A DNA stretch of 63,991 bases, counting the filler, from Lenisia limosa (lineage: Eukaryota > Protista > Breviatea): assembly GCA_001655205.1 (NCBI GenBank). It is 15 parts of 15 records of this genome, joined end to end, with 100 filler letters (N's around TTAATTAATTAA, not from the genome) between each part and the next. Parts side by side here need not be neighbours in the genome. Positions count along the whole stretch, not along the records: positions 43,363 to 53,120 come from LPNZ01009311.1; positions 53,221 to 57,151 come from LPNZ01004485.1; positions 57,252 to 59,327 come from LPNZ01001616.1; positions 59,428 to 60,571 come from LPNZ01011647.1; positions 60,672 to 62,804 come from LPNZ01005410.1; 10 more parts are not named here. One strand, given 5' to 3'. Position 1 is the first letter of the stretch, and each line of letters begins with the position of its first letter. Below are positions 49,601 through 61,230 of this stretch, one piece after another. Under the pieces are notes generated by a model, which ran no database searches, was not told the origin of the DNA, and saw only the letters and a list, made by a program, of their open reading frames with translations. Position numbers and translations under genes: made by a program.

Positions 49601-50771
49601 ATAAGATCCGAGCATTTGCCCCCCAGTCTGGCAAGCTGCTGTACACCATCCAGGTTGGCTCTCTCCACCAATATCTATCATATTGGTGACGTTGCTCCCC
49701 TCTCCACCAATATCCATCATAACATTGCTCTCCTATTCCACCCATATGATCATAATTTTTGGCTTAACAGGCAGTTGCAGATTATTCGCCACTCACCCCC
49801 CCCCCAGGACGCTCACCACAAAGGCGTGACTGCCATTACTCTGACCAGTGACAACCAGAACATCGTCTCCGGCGGCGGTGACGGCCAAGTAGGGGGGAGG
49901 GGGGCTGAATGAATGACTGCCAAGAAATCAACAATATATTGGTACTCCAAATTAACGTTCCCCTCTTTAAGACGGAATCTCATCCTTCAGGTGCGGGTGT
50001 GGAAGCTGCTGTCCACGTCTCAGGTTTTGGTTGCAAGTTTGAAGGAGCACAAAGGCAAAGTCACAGCCGTCCACCTCACTCGCGATGATAGGTCCGCTAC
50101 CATGGCTAAAAGCTTTATCTGACCATCTTTGGCTTGAGGCTTGAGGCTTTATCTGACCATCATAGGGAGTGCGTCACATCGAGCAGTGACGGGTCATGTA
50201 TCACATGGGACATGGAACGCCACGTGCGCCTACACGCAATGTTCGAACACACCTTCTTCAAGTCCGTGCGCTACCATCCCGATGAGGGCCAAGTCGTGAC
50301 CGTCGGAACCGACAAACACGTGAGCAATGGTGGTCTTGAACATGGCAATGGCCTGGAGCTTGCGCCTTGCCCCTTACCATGGCAGGTTTCGTATTGGGAC
50401 GTGTGCAGTGGCAGTCTAATCCGCTCCGTTGAAGGCAGTTCCACTGAGGTGACCTCAATTGACATGATGAGCCATGGCGACCAATTTGTTACCGCGGGTG
50501 GTGACTCTCTTGTCAAGGTGAGTGGGAGTGATGGTTTTTGGTTGTCTTCGGAGTAATGGGACTTTGGGGGAGAGGGTGTCTGTGTGGCCTGGTTTCACAT
50601 TATTGGTCTACACAATCCTTATGCTGGCAGGTCTGGTCCTATGACGAGGCAAACATCATGGGGGTGGGAGCAGGACACAGTGGCAACATTACGGCTCTTG
50701 CCGTGTCTCCTGATGACTCCATTATCGTTTCAGCCAGTGACGAGGGCGCCATCTTCCTTTGGGAAGTCTAG
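46696..50771 (+). CDS. CFAP52: CFAP52/WDR16 WD40 microtubule inner protein, nearly complete with some exons in N gaps
   Basis: MASVDSLKVAGAVGFG|GKIVGGFHVHP..YPVGTTIVI..LLGHKNKISCVSMS..; GWSDDKIRAFAPQSGKLLYTIQDAHHKGVTAI..; ECVTSSSDGSCITWD..YHPDEGQVVTVGTDK..; GHSGNITALAVSPDDSIIVSASDEGAIFLWEV*, TAG at 50769-50771. Confidence 0.93.
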
Positions 50772-51149
50772 GTCTGTATTCTATTTATCAAGTCAAGTGT
50801 ACTTTATATTGCTTTCACTCCAATAGCATCATATCAAGATTGGTGAAAAAACAATAGAGGGGTAGCGTGACCCATAATATGTATTGATTTAACACAACTG
50901 CAAAAGAAGAAAATCCCTAGAAACAAGAAAACAAAACCATTAAATTACATGAGGGTGAGGGTGGAAGAGGGATGCCGTCTGAGGGGGGAGCGGGGAGGTT
51001 TGAGGAACGGGCTACTTTGGGATGACGCCCTACGATATAATAAGGTCAAGAACTGGGATTCAAGAGAACTACGATAATAAAGGGCAAGTGGAACGATAAT
51101 AAAGGGCAAGGAACTCGGGAATCTTTAGAACAATACGGCGCATGGACTT

Positions 51150-52975
51150 GGGATTCTTTTAAGTTATGACAAAGTTGGCATACTTTGGTGTTCGGGATAT
51201 GAAGGGCGGCTTGAGGGAAGACGATGGAGAGGTCAGCTTCGGGGACATGGGCGAGTGGAATGGCGTATTGTTGGTGGCTGGTGGGGGGGGGGGGNNNNNN
51301 NNNNNNNNNNNNNNNNNNNNNNNNNNNNNNNNNNNNNNNNNNNNNNNNNNNNNNNNNNNNNNNNNNNNNNNNNNNNNNNNNNNNNNNNNNNNNNNNNNNN
51401 NNNNNNNNCAAAAAACAAGCAACACGAGCAACCAACGCTAAAACTAGACAAAAACCAGATGAAAAACTCAAAAACTCAAAAACAAAGAGTCATGACACTA
51501 AAAGCAACTCGGTAAAGCAATGGCAAAGGGGCAATAAAGATCACAACAAGGATGGTTCACCAACATGGGGAGTGAGTGTCAGATATGGGGCTCCGAATCA
51601 ATGGTGGTCTATCCAGAGTGGTACTGCTGCCGATGATGGGGGGTGGGACAAACTCCTTCTGGGGGGTCATGAGGAAATAAGAGGTTTTCTTGCAGTGATT
51701 ATCAATAGAGACAGAATCCCGTCTGCCAACCTGGGGCAGTTGCATTTCGTTGTTGAGATTAGCCAGCCCATCTCCAAGTTCAACCCAGTCTTTCTGGGGG
51801 GAGAGGTATTTATTAGGAAAATAATCATAAAAGATTAGTTATAGTATTATGTATTGACTATTTATCTTGCTAACTACTGGGGAGGATCAAAACAAAAGAA
51901 ATGTACAAGTGCAAAAAGAAATATCAATGGGATTGGCAGATATTTACTCTTATTTCCATTTTTCCAAAAAGTTGAGAGCAGGAGGTGCGAACACAGATGC
52001 CCGTGAACCTCCAGGACTTGGCCAAGAATGGGTTCACAAGAACAACTGTAAAACGGGTGACAAAGCACCCGGGTGGATGTTCCCATGTTTTACACACAGG
52101 AATATTCCAGAGATTGGGTTTTTTTTCAGAAAAAATCAAATAATGCGAAGTAGCACCTCCAATAGCAACCAAGAGTATCATGTAGCCTCTTTTTTTAAAA
52201 AACTCGAACCAGTTTGCACCCAGGAAAAAATACGGAAAAATTTATTGCTTTTTTTTTTGTTTTTTTCAACTTATTTTGAGTGCATAATACCACTATCACC
52301 CACCTCTGGCTCCGCTTCGTGATCTCCATAGCCAGGCAGTTTCGAACTGAACGTGCGGACAGCCCTGTGCTGGGTTATATGAACGGAATTTTAAGGGTGA
52401 ATTGAGTATAAGGAAAGACCTTGGAGGAGGGGCCTCCTGAATTGAGCCTGGCAGTGAACGGGCTGGCCCAAAAGAGCCTCCTGACACTCGGCTGAAGTTC
52501 GACAGCGGCGGCGGATCAAACGCCATGTTGTTACCTGGGGGGTTATACTTTTATCTGGGGGGTTAGACTTCAAAAACACAAAGCCTCCACCGGTACAGAG
52601 CCTCCACCGGTACAAGGCCTCCCACCGGTATGGGAGTCGCGAGCGACGGACATGTTGCTACGCGTTGCGGACAGGAGAGTGTCTTTCGGGACAATCGCGC
52701 GAGTAATCTGAGGGGGTGACACAACGGATATTTCGAAGTTTGGTATAAAGTTACTAATCAAGCAAAAAGCACTCACAAACATGTTCAAGAAACGTTAGGT
52801 TATAAACACACAGACACAAAAAGCTCAAGCCAGAAAGGGGGAGAAGGCTATACCTTCATAGTGATATTCTTGAGACGCTGCAAGGGGTTCAGGGGTGGTG
52901 GTGGCGGCAGAGTCTCGGATGCAGCTACTGGACCCGTTCCCGTGGAGGACCAGCGCGGTTTCTCCTGGGGGTTAT
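51150..52975 (-). CDS. Hypothetical Pro/Ser-rich protein (partial)
   Basis: Exons LPPPPPLNPLQRLKNITMK|ITRAIVPKDTLLSATRSNMSVARDSHT|GNNMAFDPPPLSNFSRVSGG..EAPPPR|STGLSARSVRNCLAMEITKRSQ with canonical sites. Confidence 0.45.
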
Positions 52976-53578
52976 GAGGGTAATATAAGCTAACGCAGTA
53001 ATATAGTAATGAGAAATAAAAAATAAGGGAGCATCTAGCCGAAGCCGTCCACACCATCACGCTAATAAGAGAAAGCCGTCCACACCATCACGCTTATAAG
53101 AGATATTAGATTATAGTATANNNNNNNNNNNNNNNNNNNNNNNNNNNNNNNNNNNNNNNNNNNNTTAATTAATTAANNNNNNNNNNNNNNNNNNNNNNNN
53201 NNNNNNNNNNNNNNNNNNNNATACGGCTGTACCATTTGAATCCCATGTCTCTGTAATTCGTTGGATTGAAATTTAGAACTTTGAAATAATTACAAACAAT
53301 GAAGGGCTATTTTAGATTCTTTGTATTCTCTGTTGTTATTGGATTCGATTATTTTTGACATTAATATGCTCATTCCTCTATTTGTAACATTTATATTTCT
53401 CATGTCAAAAACTTCGCTTCGGTTCAAAAAGACCAAAATTCTTTATTAATCCTCAATATGTAGATGTAGTAGTAGTATATCAAATTATATCTATAATATG
53501 TATATATGATATGGTATCTGTTATAGGTCTTTTTGGACTAAACTCAAGCCCCATCCTTCCATTCTCTGACGAATGTAG

Positions 53579-54749
53579 CTCCTGGACCCTGAAGCAATGA
53601 GGGATGTTCGCAAACGACAGAAGCAGGTACTTGTTGCGGTCGACCACCTGAGAGATGCAGCTCGTAATCTAATAGAAGGTATTGTTGACAGGCTGGATAT
53701 ATTTTGGCTAAATGATTTCTCATTTCTTCCAAATAGCTAAACATAAAAATACATTTTATTGTCTGATATATTATATACACCTTTTATGATCATATCACTT
53801 CAAGGTCATATTTTTATGGTGTACAATCTCATGCACTATATGTATCTATTACTATATATCAGTACATAGTATGCTATATATCATAGTGTAAAGAGTTTAC
53901 GAATTCAGAAAGGGAAAACGTGTTGCTTGCGGCCTTCAAAGCCCGCCTTCTAGACGCTATGAAATCAAGACAGTCTGACCACCCCGTATGACCATTGTTA
54001 TTAATCATGAGTTTTGAGCCATTTCTTTGTACATTCTGATCTTTCAACAGTTTTAATCTTGTTTTAGAAAGATGACCAGACTTCTGTGGCCTCTGCAAGG
54101 CAATTTGGTGGGTGCTGTTTTTTTTTTAACCCTGGAGAGGACATTTCTATATTGATTGGGAGTGTTCGTACTTTATAGACCTCCTATGACAATTAGCCCG
54201 ACAATTGGAGTGGCTGAAGGAGGAAGTCTCTCGACTCCAGCAGCTAAACAAGAAAGTGGGGGGGGGGGGNNNNNNNNNNNNNNNNNNNNNNNNNNNNNNN
54301 NNNNNNNNNNNNNNNNNNNNNNNNNNNNNNNNNNNNNNNNNNNNNNNNNNATCATGTGATGAGGAATCCTGCTTATTGGAACAAAGCTGAAAAACAATAT
54401 TTATTATTTGCAATATCAGGTGCTAACCCAGCAGTTGGACTTAGAGAACCGAAACCTCTCACAAAAGAACATGTCATTAGAGCAGGAGTTGGTTGTGTCA
54501 TCCAAACGGAACCAAGGTAGGCATTTTATACTCAGTTAAGGTATATTAGAGCCATTTCCTGCATTATGAAATTCGTGCGGAAACATCATTGGAGGGATTG
54601 TTCTGTCAAAAGTAGATGACAAGGAAACACCATTGGAGGGATTGTTTAACCAAAAAAATAACATTTCTGATTCCTCCCTTAATCTCCTAGAATTGAGAAG
54701 AGAGAATTTGATTCTTCAACGAACAACTGTGGAGCTGGCAAACTCTTAA
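53579..54749 (+). CDS. Coiled-coil protein, C-terminal part
   Basis: LLDPEAMRDVRKRQKQVLVAVDHLRDAARNLIE..LEWLKEEVSRLQQLNKK|VLTQQLDLENRNLSQKNMSLEQELVVSSKRNQ|ELRRENLILQRTTVELANS*, TAA at 54747-54749. Confidence 0.6.
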
Positions 54750-55249
54750 ACACCCCTCTGAGCACCACGTGAGCTCGGTTCTATACTCAAATACCTTGAG
54801 CTTATCTGGTAGAACCAAGCTCTTGGATCATTATGATCTTAAGAAAACCATTGAAATTATGTCAAACCCTCTCCCCCTGAAAAAATGAAAACTATTATTA
54901 ATTTGATACCCTGTGGTATTTCCAGATGCAGTTTTTTTCATATCATAAGAAACTGTTAACCCTTCAGCGTCGCTTGAAGAACAGATGAACTTTCACGCTC
55001 CCAAGAACATTCACTCTTTAATATGTTTGGATTTTATGATTTATATGTAATGCTTTTCTTTACAATCCCTGCTGCTTTTTTGGATACCTTCATCAAAAAA
55101 AAATACATACACAATATTACATCCATGTTTGCCTTAAAAGACTCGTCTACAATGTCAAAAAGAGAAGTGTAATGGGCTTATCAGTTGCAAGCCAAGAGCA
55201 TTACATAATACTGACCAAAAATATAATCTAACATGGAATCACAATGTAA

Positions 55250-56958
55250 TTTTCAAATATCGGTAACATTGAGAATTATCATGTCCCCACCGATTATTTG
55301 AGTCGAAAAGCACCGGCGACGCGTGGAGCGCTGCAGCCACTTTCTGGGGGGTTTCTTTTCGGTCCCATCGCTTTCCTAAAGGATGAAACGACAGCAACAG
55401 GCTATCAAAACACGCTCCGATAAGAGACAGCAGGATATTTAAGATCTGAAAGTGTCTATTTTATAGATCCGTTTACTGTTTACAATATGATAGCCATACG
55501 AGGGGATGCGGCTGACGGGGTTGACGGTGTGGAGGAGGGAGGGGTGTTGCGGACTAATAGATTGCGCACAACCTGGGGGGAGGGGGAGGTGATAAGTGGT
55601 CGGAGTTTATCAAATGCAAAATATAACATATAAGTTATAAGTAGAGCAGTAACTGAGTTGGCAATATTACCCACTTGTCGTCTCATCGGAGAAGGCATGG
55701 CGGGAGTCACGGGGGTTCTTGGCTTTGGGATCCTACTGGGGCTACGGAGTTAACTTCTGACAAAAAGACATGAAACAAGGAATAGGACTGAGATTGAGAA
55801 GATGATATTTGGTGTTTTAAGACTTTCCCGTCTCATTATGAAGATTGCACATGTCTTCAGTTAAAAGATCTCAAGGGGCCCTACCTCGTGGAATGTTTTG
55901 GGGGGTCTCTGTGAATAGCCGCATGGCGGCTTGTGATGTGAGGGGAGCTTGGGACTTTTTGGGGAGGGGTTGGTGGTGTGAAAGAGTCAGACTGCAACAG
56001 TAAGAACATTTAAATACCATTTTCACAATCGTTGATGCCACCCTGATAATCCGACACTGTATGTAGCCCTTCGCTTACAATAGTAGCGGCATTACGGAAT
56101 ACAACAGGGCTTTCTGGAAGACGGTGTTCTGGTTTGGTCAGAGTGTGATGATAATTCAGTGAAGTAATAAACGGTTGGAAGTCCTGAGCCAATATTAAAA
56201 GAAGTTTGATTAGATGATAGACATTGTGTTCTGTCTGTCATTCCTAACTTGGACCCGCATACCATGTTTGGATGGGGAGCTTAAGATTGAAGAAATCGTG
56301 GATTTCACCTTCGAGAGGATGGAGTGGCTTGGTGACTAAGGGGTCAGAATGAGCCTCAAACAACTTGCAAAGGATACGAACCATCACCCTCCCATCCCTC
56401 CCCCCCTCTCCAACAGGTGTTTTCTCCTGTATCTCGAAAATCTTGGCGGTCTCCATGACAGCAAGTTCAGTTTTATCAGTATCTAAAACCGAAAGATCCA
56501 GATCCAGATCCAAATCCAGATCAAGTGTTTTGACGGGTGTGCTGGGGTCATGGGATGGGATAATGGACCGAAGTTTCCCTGAAATGTTACAACTACTGCA
56601 AAAAGTTATAATTTGTTGAGTGAATGCTCGGCTGGAAATAATAGTGATATTATCGTATAGAGGACCTATTGATAAACACAGTCCCCCCTCACTATTAGCA
56701 TTGGCTGGGGTAACAATTTTGCGATACGGGGTGACTGGTACTTCTCTACCAGACTCGGCCTTCAGAACGTCATCCAAAAGGGCAGTGAGTTTCTCTGGTG
56801 GTCAGATGGTGTTCCAAGCCTGTTGATGTCTTCGTTCCTTGGTGATATTCTCAGCTCACCATTCAGTCCTTCCGGGGGAGTAACCAAAGCGGTGTTTCCA
56901 ATATCTGCACCGTAGCGACTAGCTAAGTGCGGTGTTGAGAGGGACGGCTCATCCTGGG
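55250..56958 (-). CDS. Hypothetical Ser/Pro/Thr-rich low-complexity protein (partial)
   Basis: ORF 56244-56777 plus flanking exons (RSPSRIPKPRTPVTPAMPSPMRRQ; VRNTPPSSTPSTPSAASP), including an (AGATCC)n repeat encoding DLDLDL. Confidence 0.45.
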
Positions 56959-57272
56959 GGTTAAAATTGGGCTCCACTGAATGAGGGTATAATACTCCCA
57001 TTATTATGTCTCACGACACTGTAAAATATCAGATATCAAATATGATATCATATATGTATCATACATATTATATAAGTACTACGATATGCTATATACATGT
57101 ATATGCATATACTGTATAATATACATGTATATACTATGATATATATTATATNNNNNNNNNNNNNNNNNNNNNNNNNNNNNNNNNNNNNNNNNNNNTTAAT
57201 TAATTAANNNNNNNNNNNNNNNNNNNNNNNNNNNNNNNNNNNNNNNNNNNNTAATGTGATGTGGCAGGGGGG

Positions 57273-57560
57273 TGATGATGAAGATGATGGTGATGACGAT
57301 GATGGTGATGGTGATATGATGATGATAATGACAATTATGATGACAATGATGATGATTATGATGATGATGATGATGATGATGATGATAATGACAAAGACAA
57401 TGACAATGACAATGATGATGACAATGACAATGATGATGATGATGATGATGATGACAATGATGATGACAATGATAATAATGATAATGATGATGATGGTGAT
57501 GATAATGATAATGAAAATGATAATGATGATAATCAAGATGACAATGATGATGACGACGTA
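57273..57560. repeat. Degenerate (GAT/ATG)n trinucleotide array, about 290 bp
   Basis: gatgatgaagatgatggtgatgac..aatgacaatgatgatg. It produces spurious poly-Met, poly-His and poly-Ile ORFs. Confidence 0.9.
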
Positions 57561-57586
57561 ATACACCCCCCGCAAACAGTGGGAAC

Positions 57587-58925
57587 AATCGTGTAGACTG
57601 AATTTGGAGTGATGCCAGAGAGTTCGAATTGGGCATTGTCGATCTGGATGATTGTACCACTAGCTCCAGGGCCTGAGTACTAAAATGTCAATAAGACATA
57701 TTACTACAAAGGGCTTCACTTAGGTTTGAAAAAGACAGGTAAATTATCGATAGTTTTCGAGGATTTATCGATAAATTCAGTCTTTTTTTGGGATGGCATA
57801 TCGAACAAAGATACTAAAAATGGAATGTGTGGAACTAAAAAAACTAGAATGAGAGATCATGAGATGGATGAAATTTGACATATTGGAACCAGTTAGAACG
57901 GATAAAATGTGAAATGTTGCCCCCCTCCAAGCAAACCATCAGGGAGTATTTGTAGGAAATATAGGAGGGTAACTCAAGAGCCGGCGTAATACGCAGCTTC
58001 ATCTGAAGAGTTAAAAAGGGTGGGAGAGATCAACATACCAACATCAACAAATATAATCTAAATATATAATACATATCATAGCTATATGACATATCGTATA
58101 TCATACATACTACTATACATACGTATATGACAGCATATCTAAAAAAAACTGAATTTCTCGATAAATCCTCGATAGGTATCCACAATATTTATATCATATA
58201 CTCTGTGAAAACGTTGGAATTCCCAATCTCATAGAATTTTATGGAAATTTATGAGATTCCCAAATACAACAAGGGACTCACAGGCTTACAGAATGGCTCT
58301 GAAGACCGCCCTCGCAAATTGTGATGTTGCTATTGGGTGTGGCAAAGGTAGACACTCCCCCAGAAAAGTTGACTGGTAATCTGGGGTATAATTGGTAAAA
58401 TTGGTAAAATTGGTGAAATTGCCAAGATTGGAAAATTTATGAAACAAAAAAGCCCAAAATCAACTCTGTTGGCTGACAACACAGCCGTCCACACCATCAC
58501 GCTTACATATAAACAGGGTTAACACCCAGGAGAGTCAGTTCACCAGCAAAGACAAATCCGGTTTCAGCATGAAGATCTTCGCATACCACAAGTACCTGGG
58601 GTATAATGGGAAAGAATGTATTGGCTAAACATTAGAGAAATAAAATAAAGCATAGATAAACTTGAAGGCCCCCCATATCATCACTCAGTTGTAAGTAGCT
58701 TCCCTACGGTCCGAAAAAAGTGTAAATATCGATATTTATCAAGGATTTTCGAGGGTCTTTTTTGGGACCGTAGGGAAGCCCTAGTTGTAAGTTGTTCATT
58801 TCTGCAGCGCCATCATGTCCCCTCCCTACATACAGAATCACTCATTTGTTCGTTCCTGCAAGCGATGGGAGCCTTCTCGCTTAGAGCCTCAAAACTCACA
58901 GCAAACTGACTGTTCGGGTAGACTG
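57587..58925 (-). CDS. Hypothetical protein exons, one fibronectin-III-like
   Basis: YSGPGASGTIIQIDNAQFELSGITPNSVYTIVPT resembles the FN3 L.P.T.Y strand. Acceptors ataccccag at 58381 and about 58595 and a donor gtttgcgggggg support the minus strand. Frames of the other exons are ambiguous. Confidence 0.4.
57710..57790. mobile_element. MITE family A, right end decayed
   Basis: agggcttcacttaggtttgaaaaagacaggtaaattatcgatagttttcgaggatttatcgataaattcagtcttttt. Confidence 0.7.
58696..58783. mobile_element. MITE family B with perfect 8-bp TSD
   Basis: gttgtaag (58688-58695) | tagcttccctacggtccgaaaaaag..gggaccgtagggaagcccta | gttgtaag (58784-58791). Confidence 0.9.
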
Positions 58926-58942
58926 GAAGGTTACAAAATGGT

Positions 58943-59033
58943 TAACGCTTCACTTCGGTTCAAAATAGACCGGTAAAAAATCCATAGGATTTATCGAGAA
59001 ATTCAGTCTTTTTTCGAACTGAAGCGAAATATA
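58943..59033. mobile_element. MITE family A (decayed ends)
   Basis: cgcttcacttcggttcaaaatagaccggt..gatttatcgagaaattcagtctttttcgaactgaagcg. Confidence 0.7.
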
Positions 59034-59896
59034 AAAGGCTTAGTTTCAGTGCCATAAAAGACTAGATTTCTCAATATGAAAACTGTCGATATTCTACTAC
59101 AGATTTCTAATCATTATAAAGATAAATCATGACTTCCCCCTCCCCTCAAACCAGCATCTACAATATAGGTATACTGCGAGTCATTCTTAAAATGCAGCGT
59201 AATTGACGGGAGTGGTAACTCCACCAATGGGGTGGAGAATGTCCCTTCAACCTAGACATGGTTATTGTTGAAAGAGTACTTGGGGAGGCACGCAAAAGCT
59301 GTGTGAACTATAAGAGATGTTTGACAGNNNNNNNNNNNNNNNNNNNNNNNNNNNNNNNNNNNNNNNNNNNNTTAATTAATTAANNNNNNNNNNNNNNNNN
59401 NNNNNNNNNNNNNNNNNNNNNNNNNNNAGAACAGTCCCAAAAAAAGTGATCCGCATTTTGTCCAGTGATCCGCATTTTGACTATATATATAATTATATTC
59501 ACTGTCAAAGTCTGAGCTTATTTATCATGAATTGTGTCATATTATTCCATGTATACTGTCACGTCATCCGATACAGCTCTGAGTTTTTTGAGATTATCCA
59601 CTCTCATTTCCCNNNNNNNNNNNNNNNNNNNNNNNNNNNNNNNNNNNNNNNNNNNNNNNNNNNNNNNNNNAATATACATTTTGTCCCATTATCATATCAA
59701 GGTTTCTGATCTTTTAGATCTGGGCGGCAATTAATGGGTTCGCACAACACAATGCTCTACCCGAGATCACCCTTTATGTTCGGAGTTGGGGAGGTTCGTT
59801 CTCGTGTTGATACAGGTCTGATATATTCAGAGTTGTGCAAGGCATGAAATAATCTGAAAACACAATAAATATATCCCTCAGATTTTTATAAATCTT

Positions 59897-60464
59897 AGCT
59901 TCAGCAGATTATCCTTGGACGGAAATATTGGCTGCAGAACAGACCTTATGTCAAAGAGCTGCACCTACAAAAAAATGATCCAATGTCTTTAGTCGCTGTT
60001 GCCTCTACAAGACAAGAAAACAACAACTACGAAAATACCTCAGATTCTACACAAAAACCCAAAGGGAGGGGGGCTGCGCATGACCAAAACGCTGAAACTG
60101 AGTTTCAGGAATCATCAATTACTTGCCTCCAGCCTTTTTGAATGACTACATTTACCAATTTTTCACAGCCACTGTTAAAATCCCAACCACTCGGAAGAAA
60201 AATGAATTCGCAAACTTGGGCCTCAAACTCATGAGATGTTATAGAAGAAAAAACACAAACGACTTCACTTTAATCCCCATAACGCAGCTGTAGCGTCTTG
60301 TGAAGACCTGAACCAATTATATGTTTTAGTTGTAACTTTTTTTTTCTCTCCCTTTAGCTTTCAACTTGTAGAATCCAATTTTCTGTCCCTCTCCTACGTC
60401 AATAAATAGGAGTGGTGGTTGCTCCAGAGGCAATTGTACACGGCAGCTGAAGCATTAGGATAAT
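59897..60464 (+). CDS. Hypothetical exons
   Basis: Open segments LQQIILGRKYWLQNRPYVKELHL.., IINYLPPAFLNDYIYQFF.., EWWLLQRQLYTAAEALG*. Strand and model uncertain. Confidence 0.25.
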
Positions 60465-61230
60465 AGATGTATAGCTGGATTGAAGCCCCCACACCTCTAC
60501 ACTCACCAAAATCGAATGATAATATCGATTCTTTGATAAATAAAACGATTCAGGTCATGATATGTACCCCCNNNNNNNNNNNNNNNNNNNNNNNNNNNNN
60601 NNNNNNNNNNNNNNNTTAATTAATTAANNNNNNNNNNNNNNNNNNNNNNNNNNNNNNNNNNNNNNNNNNNNATCCGAACGAAGGGCGAGGGGCCAGGGGC
60701 TATGGGGGAGGGGCATGGCGGCGTTCCCCTTCCTCTGGGACCTCTACGTTTGTCAAAATCCGTCTAGAAGATGCAGAGGTGATCTGGGGAAGGGGCGAGG
60801 GCGAGGGGGGTTGTGGTACATGGTGCTTTCTCCAGGATGCTGTCGTCATATCCGATTATATGATTATATACTTGTTTTTTATATTTTGATATACTGGTTA
60901 CACTGGTTCAGGAGTTTTTTTTTTTGATTTTGTTGGTTGAGGAATGTGTCAGTTCCGACGATCTATGATCTGGATCGATGGAGACTTTTCCTAATTGCAT
61001 TATTGCATTATCATGTAAGTCAGATGTTTATGGAAAGAAAGAAAGAAAGAGTGAATTCGGAAATTGGAAAGAAAGAAAGATAGTAATAGTAAGCTTTAAT
61101 GTAAAGAAAGTGGTATTTTTATGTAAAGAATAGGTATTTTTGTAAAGAAAGTTTGTAAAGAAAGTCAGGAACCCCACCGTTAATACTGCACAATACCTAC
61201 ATTACCCCAGCATTACCCTAAAACTATAAC

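Noticed and set aside
57196-57660. Poly-His, poly-Ile and poly-Met ORFs in the ORF track
   Set aside because: By-products of the (GAT)n array; they run into N gaps or the spacer and have no splice or codon support.
15670-59480. Short local tandem repeats (15670, 20256 ACTGA x5, 27087, 41081, 49650, 50110, 51075, 54585, 58390, 59443) considered as CRISPR-like or regulatory arrays
   Set aside because: Only 2-5 adjacent units, no unique spacers, in a eukaryotic intronic context: ordinary slippage duplications.
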